Shown here: one piece after another, positions 26,016-40,386 of the stretch
How positions within the stretch are numbered: the first letter of the stretch is position 1
Layout of the letters: each line of letters opens with the position of its first letter
DNA from: Octopus vulgaris
Lineage: Eukaryota
DNA: 64,000 nt
Reading direction: 5' to 3'
Assembly: GCA_951406725.2 (NCBI GenBank)
Contig: OX597830.1
Coordinates: 69,874,001 to 69,938,000 of the forward strand
The notes under the pieces: generated by a model
What the model was told of the DNA's origin: nothing
What the model saw: the letters and a program-made list of their open reading frames with translations, nothing else
Databases searched by the model: none
Made by a program: the position numbers and the translations under genes

Positions 26016-26715
26016 TAAAGCTCCACCAATGCCTTTTAGTGAAAACAAAAATGTCCAGAGCGGGGAATGTTGTAAAGGCAAAGAAACAAAAACTTCTTTC
26101 TGATAAACAAACGGCAACCATAAAAAGATCGACATTGTACATAGGAAACCTATTTAAGGATGAAAGACCCGAAAAACCTTCACCATCCAATCTGTTGCTT
26201 ATGAATAGTTAAGTTTTCTGGTTTTATGACAAACAGCTGCTTTTGCGTGTGAAACAAATCGACTGAGTTGTCCACTTGAGTTCATTGTGAAAATATGCTA
26301 TTTGTAGTCTTCATTTGACTGTGATGACTAATCAGTGTTTCTCTTCTAATGTAGCTGTTGTTGTTGTTGTTGTTGATATTATTTAGCACCAGGTTAGTTC
26401 CTGAACGAGTAGGTCTATGATCAGCGGCGTTCGTTTCATGACCATTCCATATTTTATTCGGATACTACACATCTCGGACTACATATCCATTGTCTTCTGT
26501 TTTCTTTAGGACGATAAAGCCTGTGATCTGAGGGAGATTTAGCTACTATTTCTAGCACATCGAACTACAACGTAGAGGTATAGTTGTTTATCCTACAAGA
26601 TATTGTCTGATAAAGCTAGCTTTATGGAACTGACTCTGTGGCTTAATTCTCATTTAATGTGCAGCTATGATTCGATGGTGGTTTCAAGGATGTTACTGGT
26701 AAGGTCTCAGACACG

Positions 26716-26948
26716 AAGGCGGCGAGCTAGCAGAAACGTTAGCACGCCGGGCGAAATGCATAGCCGTATTTCGTCTGCCGTTACGTTCTGAGTTCAAATT
26801 CCGCCGAGGGCGACTTTGCCTTTCATCCTTTCGGGGTCGATAAATTAAGTACCAGTGACGCACTGGGGTTGATGAAATCGACTTAATCCGTTTGTCTGTC
26901 CTTGTTTGTCCCCTCTGTGTTTAGCCCCTTTGTGGGTAGTAAAGAAAT
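26716..26948 (+). mobile_element. SINE-B, full length
   Basis: Consensus copy; flank gtaa.gtctcagaca duplicated on both sides. Confidence 0.92.
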
Positions 26949-27110
26949 GGGTAACGTCTCAGACAGGCGTAGATAAGTGGTTAAGAAATTCGCTTCCTAA
27001 CTGCAGGATTCAGGTTTCGATCTCACTGCTCGGTACCTTGACAACTATTATTATCTATCAGTACACAAAGTTGACAAATGCCTTGTGATTGAAATTTGAT
27101 GAATGGAAGG

Positions 27111-27382
27111 TGATACACAAAAACATAAATAATACAGAGATGTAAAGAACTTAATACATGATTGTAAAGTAAATTACTGTTATGTCGCAATACTACACAG
27201 TGGCTGCGTGAGCTACTAAATCCTCGTCGCCACTGTTATGTCGTACGTTCGGATGCCTCTACTACTCTGACTCGACTCTGTCAATTCTACTCTGGTCTAC
27301 TCTAGTCTACCTTGACGTCTAGACTTCTCCCTCTATCTACGTATAGGGCTAGCTTACGTCATCGTCTGGAGGTGTCCACACA
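27111..27382 (-). mobile_element. Possible solo LTR
   Basis: TG...CA bounded about 270-bp segment with short internal repeats; no TSD seen. Confidence 0.3.
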
Positions 27383-27450
27383 ACAATTACAATTTTAATT
27401 TTAAGCTGAATATACACAGATTGGTTGTTTCCCGTTTTATCAAATCCATT

Positions 27451-27938
27451 ACAGGGACATAAACACACCAATACCGGTTGTTAAACAGTGATGGAGGACA
27501 AACAAAAGCGCAAAGATAAATACACACACACACACTTCGGGCTCCTTTCAGTTTCTTATTTCTTTATTACCCACAGGGGGCTAAACATAGAGGGGACAAA
27601 CAAGGACAGACAAACGGATTAAGTCGATTACATCAACCCTGGTACTTAATTTATCGACCCCGAAAGGATGAAAGGCAAAGTCGACCTCGGCGGAATTTGA
27701 ACTCAGAACATAACGACAGACGAAATACATATTTCTTTACTACCCACAAGGGGCTAAACACAGAGGGGACAAACAAGGATAAACAAACGGATTAAGTCGA
27801 TTATATCGACCCCAAGCGCGTAACTGGTACTGAGGCTATATTAGAAGACACTTGCACAAGGTGCCACGCAGTAGAACTGAGCCTAGAACCATGAGGTTGG
27901 GGAGCAAGCTTCTTACCACATAGCCACTCCTGCGCCTA
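27451..27938 (-). mobile_element. Duplicated SINE-A/SINE-B composite containing a SINE-B dimer
   Basis: 27451-27728 closely matches 25523-25806; a second B unit starts at 27730. Confidence 0.85.
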
Positions 27939-28169
27939 TTAAATTATGGGTGCAACTAATTCACAAGTGCGTTTTATACACTAGTGCGCTTTATATACGA
28001 GTAAATACGGTGGATGTTGAAATTATATTGGTCCTGAGAGGTTCATCATCCGCCATGTTTCTGCTCACTGATAACACAATGTCCTTCTCATATTCTAAAT
28101 CCGGCAAAAAGATTTTTTCTTTGAATGTATTTAAAATAGTCTTTCGTAAATGTGTCTGCTTTTCAGTCA

Positions 28170-28287
28170 TAGGGTTCTGGGTTCAGTCCCACCGCGTGGC
28201 ATCCTGGGCAAGTGTTTTCTACTATAGCTCGGATCGACCAAAGCTTTGTGAGTGGATTTGGTAGATAGAAACTGAAAGAAGCCCGTC

Positions 28288-28334
<47 letters not shown>

Positions 28335-28394
28335 CATACATACATGCATACATATACACACATATATATGTATATATATATGTATATATATATG

Positions 28395-28428
<34 letters not shown>

Positions 28429-28444
28429 ATACATATATATATAT

Positions 28445-28518
<74 letters not shown>

Positions 28519-28640
28519 ATGTGTGTGTATGAGTGTGTGTGCGGATGTGCGTGAATACACGTACATACATATATGCATACATACATGCATACATACATGC
28601 ATACATGCATATATGCATGCATACATACATGTATGTAAAT
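28170..28640 (+). repeat. SINE-A head running into an expanded (TA)/(CA)/(TG) microsatellite
   Basis: gggttcagtcccaccgcgtggc...gaagcccgtcg followed by simple repeats. Confidence 0.85.
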
Positions 28641-28665
28641 TGATACATCTTTTACGGCATATATC

Positions 28666-30069
28666 AACGATGGATATATAAAACGTCAGTGATAAGATCA
28701 AAAAGCCGATCCTTTTTACAAACGAAGTCCCTTGAGATAGTTGTTCTGCAAAGATTTAAATACTTTATTATCACCCTTGCTGTTAAAAATGTTTTGAATC
28801 AGTGATTGAACCAGTAAAGAACCCGCTACCGTACACAACTGGATATATCAGCTGAGCGTCATCACCGGATATAAATAATTAGAAAGCCAACACTGGACAC
28901 AAGGATTATGATTAAAATGTAGCAGGCAGAATAACAGCTAAAGAATCTGCTACTGAAGATTCACTAATTTTGACAAGTGTGTGTGACCCCCCTCGGTCAC
29001 GAATGACCATGGAATTGCACCTAGAAAGTTACCCTCCGAGGTACAAGTCTGGGCAAGGTTGTTTATTGAAGACCAGCAGTCGCCCACGCATACCAGCCTC
29101 CCCTCTCCACGCCACCGATGTTATCCAAGGGAAAAGCAAAGGTCGATACACCACTGACGTCGCAGCTCATTTATTAACGTGCAAGGGGCTGAGCACTCCA
29201 CAGACACGTGTACCCGTAATGTAGTTCTCGAGGAGATTCAGAGTGTGACAAGGCTGGCCCTTCCGAAATACAGGTACAACAGAAACAGGAAGAAAGAGTG
29301 AGAGAAAGTTGTGGTGAAAGAGTACAGCAGGGTTCACCCCGACCACCTGCTGGAGCCTCGTGGAGCTTTAGGTGTTTTCGCTCAATAAACACTCACAATG
29401 CCCGGTCTGGGAATCGAAACCGCGATCCTACGACCGCGAGTCCGCTGCCCTAACCACTGGGCCATTGCGCCTCCAATTTTGACAATTACTGTATGACATT
29501 CACCAATGTATATCTCCATAACCGATTATCTATATGTTACCTAACGCTTTTGTTAGCTTCGTCCTCATAAAAGCACACAAAACAAACGAATCGTCGTTGT
29601 TTTCTTAAGATTTTTATATTATATCACACGTTTGTGTCTGTTTATTTTATTTATTTAGTAAGTAAGCAATTCATTTCTAAAAATTGACTTTAAATTCGCC
29701 CTTAAAAATCATGGGAAAGTATATTTACATTTCAACAGCACTTCAAGCTGTTGCAGACATCAGATTCCCTATAAATAATTGTTATGTAACTCGTTATCTG
29801 ACATTTAATTGTGCACAGCTTTCTTTCTTTTTTTTTTGGTATAAAATACTCTCAACATGTTACGCTGCAGATACATTTATTTTGCGAGCAATTGCTGTGG
29901 TTTACATGTTTCCGTTTGGCTCTATTACCGACTCACAAGATTTTTAACAACATTTTAAAGAAAAATGACAAGAAAGCATTTGTATCATTGCAGAATGATT
30001 ATTTCAAGGGACTTCGTTTGTAAAGGATCGGCATTTCGATTTTATCGCTGACGTTTTATACATACACCG

Positions 30070-30072
<3 letters not shown>
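28666..30072. mobile_element. Non-autonomous long-TIR DNA element (about 0.9 kb plus nested SINE)
   Basis: 28666-28767 vs 29973-30072 inverted: tataaaacgtcag.gataa.atc.aaa.gccgatcctttacaaacgaagtcccttga.ata.t..ttctgcaa.gat. Confidence 0.78.
28977..29474 (-). mobile_element. Chimeric SINE (C head, partial E tail, D tail), 11-bp TSD
   Basis: TSD aattttgacaa at 28966-28976 and 29475-29485. Confidence 0.85.
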
Positions 30073-30108
<36 letters not shown>

Positions 30109-30123
30109 ACATGTTACTGTCTG

Positions 30124-30190
<67 letters not shown>

Positions 30191-30191
30191 G

Positions 30192-30225
<34 letters not shown>

Positions 30226-30254
30226 CATCCATCCATCCATCCATCCATCCATCC

Positions 30255-30305
<51 letters not shown>

Positions 30306-30310
30306 CATTC

Positions 30311-30390
<80 letters not shown>
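30073..30390. repeat. (CA)n and (CTAT/CCAT)n microsatellites
   Basis: Direct sequence. Confidence 0.97.
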
Positions 30391-30391
<1 letters not shown>

Positions 30392-30704
30392 AGATATGTT
30401 ACAATTCGATTGAAAGCTCGAAATGGGGAAGTGGCAGGAGTTGTAGCGAAATATCTTCATATAATGCAAAACAGCCATTTAAATTGATAAGATTTTTCTG
30501 AGGATGTATGTAGTACTTGTCAGCACAATCTTTAGGATTTCTGTGAGACATGGTTCTTCTGGGATGTTGTTTAGGTGTTTTGATTCGAGGACGATAGTTG
30601 AACTCAAAAGCTATACGCCTCAGAACATTGCATATATATGTAGAAGCACAAGTAAAGTACGATTAAGAAATTTGCTTTCCATATTTATGGTTCTATGTTA
30701 GAAG

Positions 30705-31367
30705 GCGTTGAGGACACCTACAATAACAAGAACAGTTCTTGCTTTAAGACGCCACATCTTTTGTATTTCAATTTTAGTCCTTATATTTACTTAATTTGTC
30801 AAATTCCTTTACAGATATATTTTTATCAGTGGGAACAATTATATCAATTAGTCTACAAGTATTTCCTTCCCTGTCTTTATTATTATGTCTGGTCGATTAG
30901 CCTGGATTGTTCTTTCGGTGTTTACTGGAAAATCCCAGAGGATATTATTTTTAACTTCAACGACTGGCTCAGGATGATGTTCATACCAGTAAACATATTT
31001 TCCAAAGTAAATACTGTGTTACTTTATCGGGGTGATTTTGTATTCGCTGCCCTATCGTTTTGGCAAATGTGTCGCAGAATCTGCATTTAGGGTCGGAACC
31101 ATTTTGAAGAACGTTAGCCTGGTAGTTTCTGGTAAGCAAGCTTTGATCTTGTGCAGCCAATATGAAACCTCCAGTCTCTACTTTCAGTCCTAAACTTCTC
31201 AGCCACTGATGGATTGTTGCTTGGTCTACATCAGCATTTCAACTTCGAAGAATATTCTGTCCATGCAGAGGCTTCTGGCTCCACCACTCCTCAATTTCTT
31301 TCCGCCCGTTCTTTTTTGCAGTCTGCTTGATTTGTTTTGCTTGTTTTGTGGCAATGGTTTCAGGTTC

Positions 31368-31370
<3 letters not shown>
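30705..31370 (-). mobile_element. R4/Dong-like RLE retrotransposon 3' fragment 1 (decayed)
   Basis: WSQKPLHGQ...QWLRSLGLKVETGGFILAAQDQSLLTRNY...KCRFC...ILWDFPVNTERTIQANRPDIII...LIDI.VP.D.NISVKEFDKLSKYK. Confidence 0.85.
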
Positions 31371-32929
<1,559 letters not shown>

Positions 32930-32996
<67 letters not shown>

Positions 32997-33013
32997 CATC
33001 ATCATCATCATCA

Positions 33014-33086
<73 letters not shown>

Positions 33087-33115
33087 CATCATTATTATTA
33101 TTGGTATTATTATTA
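32930..33115. repeat. (ATT)n/(ATC)n microsatellite
   Basis: Direct sequence. Confidence 0.97.
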
Positions 33116-33119
33116 TATG

Positions 33120-33915
33120 AAAACTCACAGCTTATATTACTGGGTATGATGGAAAGTGTCAGCTGTCCGCAGTGAGTAGACTATGGTGACACTTGTTTTA
33201 CTGGTCATACTTCAAGAACCCTGCGAAGAATTCTTGCTGTTCCAAGCAATGCAGATTTTTGTAGGTGTTTCACCTTCACACTTGCACCAATCTTTTTCAG
33301 CCATGCTGGTAGTTGAGTGCTGATACTTCCAAGTACATCAATTAATATTGGTATCACGTCTACTCATCTTCATTGACCACAACCTTCGTATTTCTCACTT
33401 TAAATCGTTATAGTTGTTTATTTTTCCTTCTTTAACATTGATGCTGTTGTCATGCTATGTCGATTATCATACATGTTCTTGCTTTTTTTATTCAGCATAA
33501 GAATGTCCGGTTTTCGATGCCTGGTCAGGTGGTCGCGCTGGATCATTGCATCCCACAAGATTTTGCAATTCTCATTTCTGGTGACTCCTTCTGGAGTTTG
33601 CTTATACCACGTCTTTGATCTTTGTAGGCCGTGATTTCCAGAGCTCCCAATGGATCATTCTTTCCACGTTGTCATGGCGTCTTTTGTATTCGCGTTGTGC
33701 CAATTTCGGTCATTCGCTAACGATGTGCCATACCGTTTCACCTCTTTCACCACACATTCTGCAGTTGTCGCTATCGGTAGTGTTGTCCATTCTGCACTTC
33801 ATACAGTTGGTCCTTAATGCTTGTTCCTGAGTTGTGCATATGAATGCTTCTCTCTCTATCTTCAGGTCACTCCTCCTCATCCACAGCCACCAATCCTTTG
33901 TATCTGCCTTCGCGT
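33120..33915 (-). mobile_element. R4/Dong-like RLE retrotransposon 3' fragment 3
   Basis: WLWMRRSDLKIEREAFICTTQEQALRTN...CRMCGERGETVWHIVSE; YKRRHDNV; KILWD; RKPDIL; LQKSALLGTARILRRVL. Confidence 0.88.
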
Positions 33916-33971
33916 TCACAGAGATAGAGATAGATAGTGACAACACACACACACACACACACACATGCACA

Positions 33972-34010
<39 letters not shown>

Positions 34011-34559
34011 ACACACAGAAAGGAATTTAAGAGAAGCAGAGTAAAGGAAAAAGATAGAGTGGCATTTCGACCGCACTGGACACGATTTTCTGAGCTCCTC
34101 GTGCCACCCAAACCGTGTCTATAGTCCTTTATGAGAGTTCTCATTCCTCCTTCGTGTTACCCACTTTTGTCGTGCTTTGCAGCCCCAAGATTTTTGTTGT
34201 ATACGTATTACCATTATGAATTTTTGTCTTCATCTGGCCCTAAGCCTTTATTCTGTTTTGTCACTCGTCCGTCCACTAACGGTCTCGTCTCGAGTCCGTG
34301 TCGTTTTGTTATGCTTTGGTCCCATTTCCGGCAAGTTTCTTGCCGGCGCCTCCAGAGTGGAAGCAATATCATCGATAACGGGGGAAATTGCGTTTGACCC
34401 ACTGGTGGATAACTGATGAAGATTTGGTGAGCTTCTGTGTTTTCTGTTCGCCTGTGTATTTAGTATATGTTCGTTTGTCGATATATTTATTTACAGGCTG
34501 GCCCAGCTACAATGGGTCTTAAAGTTAAGTATTCTGGAGTTTGGATATTTATGTATTTG

Positions 34560-36110
34560 CCTGGTGATTGTTTGCAGCCTGTGAAACTCACCGCCTAAGC
34601 AAGTTTCTAGACATCCTACTGATACCCTTGCCGAAATACATCAAAAGTTTCATTAAAGATGATTTAGACATGCTAGAACACCTACCAAAAACAATTAATG
34701 AAGGGGCAATATTGGTTGCCCTCGATGTTATCAATCTTTACGCCAACATCAAATTCTGGTTTGGAAAAGTACCCCGAAGTACTCTCGGAACGCATAAATC
34801 AGATCTTTATTATTGAATCTTTAAGATTTATACTTCAGAACAATTATTTTCTATTTGATGATACATACTATCGTCAGTAATGCGGAATTGCGATGGGAAC
34901 GAAAGCAGCCCCTGTTCTTGCGAACCTAATAATGGGTTATTTTGAATTTACCTTATATGGAGTATCACTTCAGAAATATGGTTATCCATTTTACATCTAC
35001 ATAAGAGAAAATTGGAAAAGATACCTGGATGACTGTTTTATCATTTGGAAGAACATCGACAAACTTTTGGATTTCAAATCAACACTAAATGATATAAATA
35101 ATAACATTCAATTCACAATAGAATATAACAAAGAACAACTCCTATATATCTCAACACATAACCCCAGAAACAGTGAGGCATTCAACAATATTGTGCAAAA
35201 TCTTCCTTTACTAACTAGAGATCCAAAAATGAACGACATCCTGAAAACGTATAAACTCATCAAATGCAAAAAGCAAGACAAATCGCTAAAGAGACTACTA
35301 ACTTTACAAAACAACCACGAAACCAACGGTTGAAAAATGTGGACGCCCAAACTGTGGAACCTGCCCCTACCTACTTGAAGGCTCAGATTTCCTTTTCAAA
35401 CAAGGACAGAGGTTCACAATTAAAACTAGTTTCGCTTGTGCCTCTGAGAACCTAATTTATGTAATAACCTGCTCGGGTTGCGGACACAACTATATTGAAC
35501 AGACGAGTATGACCTTGAGAAAGAGAACCACTCGACATAAAGAGAAAATCCGTTTCCCGCAATACAGGCAAAATACTCTTAGTGAACATATAGAAATATG
35601 TGCAGATAACATCAAACCAAATTTCACAGTCTTCCCTTTCTACCAGTGCAAAGACACAAACTCTTCACAAGAACGTTTAAATAAAGAAACTTTTTACATT
35701 GAAAAATACAGAACACGTCTTAATATGCACATATAACCAACTTTTATTTTTTTACATATTTAAATTCATGATTACATCACTCTACATAAATCCCATCACT
35801 AAACAAGTTTTTCGAACCCATTTTTTGTCTGTACATATATATTCCGCCCCACCTTACCGAAAGCTGAACAGTTATCTTCCTTGCCCACAACCATAACAAT
35901 AATAACGATAACCAATTACCTCCTCTAATTTTTATACTTGTGAAGTCATTCACTCGTAAATATCATCACACAGATATGGACAAAATTTCTTCTTAAGAAA
36001 ATACATATTCAAATAAGTAAAACATAATATCATGAATAGCGATAGCAAAACCGGTCGATATATTAAAAATTATATTAAAACTATGTAAAGTGTGCGTTTT
36101 CCTTTTTAAT
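34560..36110 (+). mobile_element. Penelope-like element (Neptune-type, Cys linker): RT, GIY-YIG and 3' pLTR, internally deleted
   Basis: SFIKDDLD...LVALDVINLYANI; ILQNNYFLF..YYRQ.CGIAMGTKAAPVLANL; WKRYLDDCFIIW; CGRPNCGTC; LIYVITCSGCGHNYIEQT..LRKR..H; ETFYI. Confidence 0.9.
36027..36061 (+). ncRNA. Decayed minimal hammerhead at the Penelope 3' end
   Basis: atatc-aTGAAtA-gc gata gc-aAAA-ccgg-TC-gatat (three core substitutions; helices intact). Confidence 0.55.
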
Positions 36111-36112
36111 TT

Positions 36113-36187
<75 letters not shown>

Positions 36188-36445
36188 CAAATACCTCAGA
36201 TTTTTGGGCAAATGCGCTCATAGAAGGTTTGTTCCCATCTTCCAGACTAATCCTACATCTTAGGATCAGTATAATAATAACGAAAATGACTTGTGGACGG
36301 ATATTTTTAGACTTTATTAATGTATTGCGACATACGTTTCTGCATCGCACATATTCATTTGCGAGAACATTTTTATGTACATAGGATATTATCAAATATT
36401 ATTCATAACATCTGTAAATCTTGAGTATTCCTCCATTCCATGATT

Positions 36446-37271
36446 ATGTATGTATGTATGTATGTATGTATGTATGTATGTATGTATGTATGTACGTACG
36501 TACGTATGTATGTATGTATGTACGTACGTACGTATGTATGTTTGTATGTATGTATGTATGTATGTATGTATGTATGTATGTATGTATGTATGTATGTATG
36601 TATGTATGTATGTACGTATGTATGTACGTATATATGTACGTACGTATGTATGTATGCATGTGTATGTGTATATGTATGTTCATGCATGTGAGTGGTGTGG
36701 TATGTGTATGCGCGCGCGTTTATGTGTGTGTGTGTGTGCGTGTGAGTGTATTTTTCGGTACAAAAAATTGTGCCAACAAAAGGGGAAAATAGAGTACTCA
36801 ATATCAGATGTAAGGTTACAATATGTTTATTGCAAAACTGAAAAAAGAAGCAAAATCACCAACTGTTACTCTGAATTTTGGAGTAGCAGAAGATTGACTC
36901 AACCGAAATAGAAATAAAAAAAATATTAACCTCCACTATGATATCCAGTATTCTTCCTTTCAACAGTAAACACTAAACGTGTGTGTCTGTGTGTGTGTGT
37001 GTATGCATATATATATATATATATATAAATACATAAACAATCCATATACATATATGTATATATATATGTATATATATTTATATATATATATATATATATT
37101 TATATGTATATATATATATATGTATATATGCACACATACATATATATACACACATAAATATGTATATATATATACATGCATATATATACATACGCGTATA
37201 TATTAAATATATGTATGTATATATATATATATATATATGTGTATATATATATATGTATATATATGTATATA

Positions 37272-37355
<84 letters not shown>

Positions 37356-37360
37356 GTGTA

Positions 37361-37391
<31 letters not shown>

Positions 37392-37465
37392 ATATGTATA
37401 TATGTATATATATATATATATATACATATATACATATATATACACATATATATACATATATATAT

Positions 37466-37532
<67 letters not shown>
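36446..37532. repeat. (ATGT)n and (TA)n microsatellite block
   Basis: Direct sequence, with a short complex insert at about 36750-36975. Confidence 0.93.
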
Positions 37533-37533
<1 letters not shown>

Positions 37534-37721
37534 TCAACAATGTTTTGACACAAACAGGGAAACAGAATTCAAAACATGAGTATAAGTATTTTTTATATTT
37601 AATTTGAAGAAGTTATAGAGTGACTCAAGGGCAGAGAGCTCCATACATTGCCAATGCACAAAAATCTTGGTCCCTGCTTCACTTTGTAATTTCTGCCGAT
37701 TGAAAATAATATAGCATTATA

Positions 37722-38938
37722 CAGGGTGTGTAAGGTATTTGAGGACATACTTTTTTTTGGGGTCATTGCTGCAGTTTTTTGCTAACTCTATATAATCTTT
37801 GTTTCAGAAGGAAATAATGGCAGACACTCAGCTTACTCAAGAAATGAAGAGTCAAGCTGTAATTGTGGTTATAAAGGCTGAGCATAGCGATTTAGAAATA
37901 TCTCGATTTTTAAAAGTTGCCAGATCTTTCTTCTATAAAGTTTGTAAGGAGCTGAAAAAGCATTCTAAACACTCTGAAATCATCAGAACACCTGAATTTA
38001 TCCAGCTAGTTCAATAGACCATTGATTATAATCCCAGAAAGTCCACGAGGTCAATTGCAAAAGATTTTCATGTGTCACAAGGAACAGTAAAAAATGTTGT
38101 CCACGAAGACATCAGATATAAGTCTTATATGATGAGGAAAGGCAAATTTTTCAGAAAAAGCTAAAGAAAATCACCACATCAGATCTAAAAGGCTCTTAAA
38201 CTGAAAAGTCCAGCAGAAGATGATTTGATTTGGTTTTTCTTAAACGAGAAAAACTTTGACCAAGTTCAAAATCTAACAGAAGAAATGACAGATGGTTATG
38301 TGCAGACCCTTCTGAAGTTCCAAGTGTTATGCATACAAAATTTCCTGCAACTGTCGTGGTTTTAGGGTTGTCAGCAATGACGGACATATGATGCCCCCTT
38401 ACTTCTTTCCACAAGGCCTTAGAGTTAACTCTACCGCTTACACTGAGGTCCTGGAAATAATTGTTAAGCCCTGGATAGACGATGTATGCAATGGAAGGTC
38501 ACATATGTGTTTCAGTAAGACTCTGCACTATCATACATGGCTCTAGTAACACAGAAATGGAAGGCTGAAAATTTTCATGATCACATAACCCATAACATTT
38601 GACCTCCCAATTCGCCAGATCTCAATCCATTGGATTATTACATGTGGAGCCTTGTTGAGAGAGAGGTAAATGAACTCGCCCACAACACCAAAGATTCTTT
38701 GAAAGCTGCCATAGTCAGAGTAATGTCCAAAATGAACAAGGGCCACTTGATTCGAGCATGTAGATGATTTAGATCTCAAATAGAAGCAGTTGCTGAAGCT
38801 GAAGGGGGCTTTATTATAGAAAAGGTTTATTTTTATCCTCATAGCATTTTTTGATAAATATAGTTATTATCTGTTATTATATATATCTGTTTTTTTTTTA
38901 TAAACATAAATCTGCCCTCAAATATCTTATGCACCTTG
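37722..38938 (+). mobile_element. DD37D (maT/Bmmar1-type) Tc1/mariner transposon, pseudogenised
   Basis: TA-flanked TIRs cagggtgtgtaaggtatttgagg / ccctcaaatatcttatgcaccttg; NRRNDRW, KFPATVVVLG, FQ*DSA...PPNSPDLNPLDYYMW with 37 residues counted between the second and third Asp. Confidence 0.92.
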
Positions 38939-38974
38939 TATATCATATCGTATCCCCTTATTTATTTATTTATT

Positions 38975-39180
38975 TATTTATTTACAGGACACAATATACG
39001 TCTTTAAGTGCTACTAATAATTTCATATGTTGAGAAATATCTCAAACATATTCATCAGGCACAAACCAAATGTCATAACGTCATGATATGTGGTTTGTTC
39101 GTGATGAATTTGTTTCAGATATTTCTCAACATACGAAACTGTTAGTAGCACTTAAACACATGTATGTCCTGTAAATAAAA
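38975..39180. mobile_element. About 205-bp palindromic fold-back carrying two inverted hammerheads
   Basis: Arms about 38975-39076 and 39082-39180 are reverse complements with scattered mismatches. Confidence 0.8.
39008..39062 (-). ncRNA. Type I minimal hammerhead ribozyme
   Basis: gtgc-CTGATGA-atatgtttgagatatttctcaacatat-GAAA-ttattag-TA-gcac; mutated mirror copy on + at 39097-39151. Confidence 0.78.
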
Positions 39181-39249
39181 AAAACAGTTATCTCTCTCCA
39201 GATCGAGTACTTTTTTGTGGAATTTTTAAATCCCGGAACAGTAAAATGC

Positions 39250-39293
<44 letters not shown>

Positions 39294-39591
39294 CACACAC
39301 ACACACACACACACTCCTCACACACACACACACACACACACATTGATTAATCACAGCTGTCCAGCGAACAGGAATGTGAGACTCTGAGTAAAAGCTTTGT
39401 GGAAATTTTGCCGTTTACTAAAAGCATATTACTCTACTTTTGGTATTCTAGTACTAGTTTTTTTCCATCTTGTTTTGCATTTATGTGCTTATTTGTGTGT
39501 ATATGAGTGTTTATTTACAAAACCTTTAATTTAATTTTTTCTTCAATTTAATTGTTTTTCTACTTAATTAATATCCACCTTTGTTTTACTT

Positions 39592-39629
39592 TTAGTTGAA
39601 AAAGTCGAAAAGACTGAAACCGGTACTAA
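39592..39629 (+). ncRNA. Decayed minimal hammerhead
   Basis: ttag-tTGAAaA-agtc gaaaa gact-GAAA-ccgg-TA-ctaa (two core substitutions). Confidence 0.6.
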
Positions 39630-39697
39630 TCGTTACAAAATGTATTACATGATAAAATTATTTTAGCATTTTCTACCTTGCCTTATTTTCCTTATCA

Positions 39698-39774
<77 letters not shown>

Positions 39775-40268
39775 GCTCTGTCTGAAACTATCTAAAAAAT
39801 CTAAAAAAAAATATATATGTATTTATGTGTGTGTTTATGTGTGTATATATATATAAATTGAATAAAGGTAAAAATTGATATTAATCATACATAATGTACG
39901 TACCTACCTCTACATGTATATATACATGCATATATGGGTACAGGACACCAAAAAAACGTATTAAAATAAAAACGAAAACATTTTACACATATATACCAAG
40001 GAAATGGACATTTTTTGCTTAAACAACGACAAATAGGTACAGGACATCAAGAAAAATTCCCACTTGGTATCTTCAAGTCGTCTATTGGCGGTAGCATCGG
40101 GCATGGCCGCAACTCTGAGACTGAAACTGAGAGAAAAAAAATATATATGTATGTGTGTCTGTGTGTTCGTGCGTGTGTGGTGTGTGTGTCACTTAGTGTT
40201 CGGCATATATATATACGTATAGAATGTATATATATAAGTCATATAATGACTAAAGTCTGTAACTATGC

Positions 40269-40303
<35 letters not shown>

Positions 40304-40352
40304 TATATGTATATATATATATATATAACGTGTCGTATATATATATATATAT

Positions 40353-40386
<34 letters not shown>

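Noticed and set aside
34405-34440. gataa-CTGATGA motif upstream of the Penelope RT
   Set aside because: No helix II or GAAA follows
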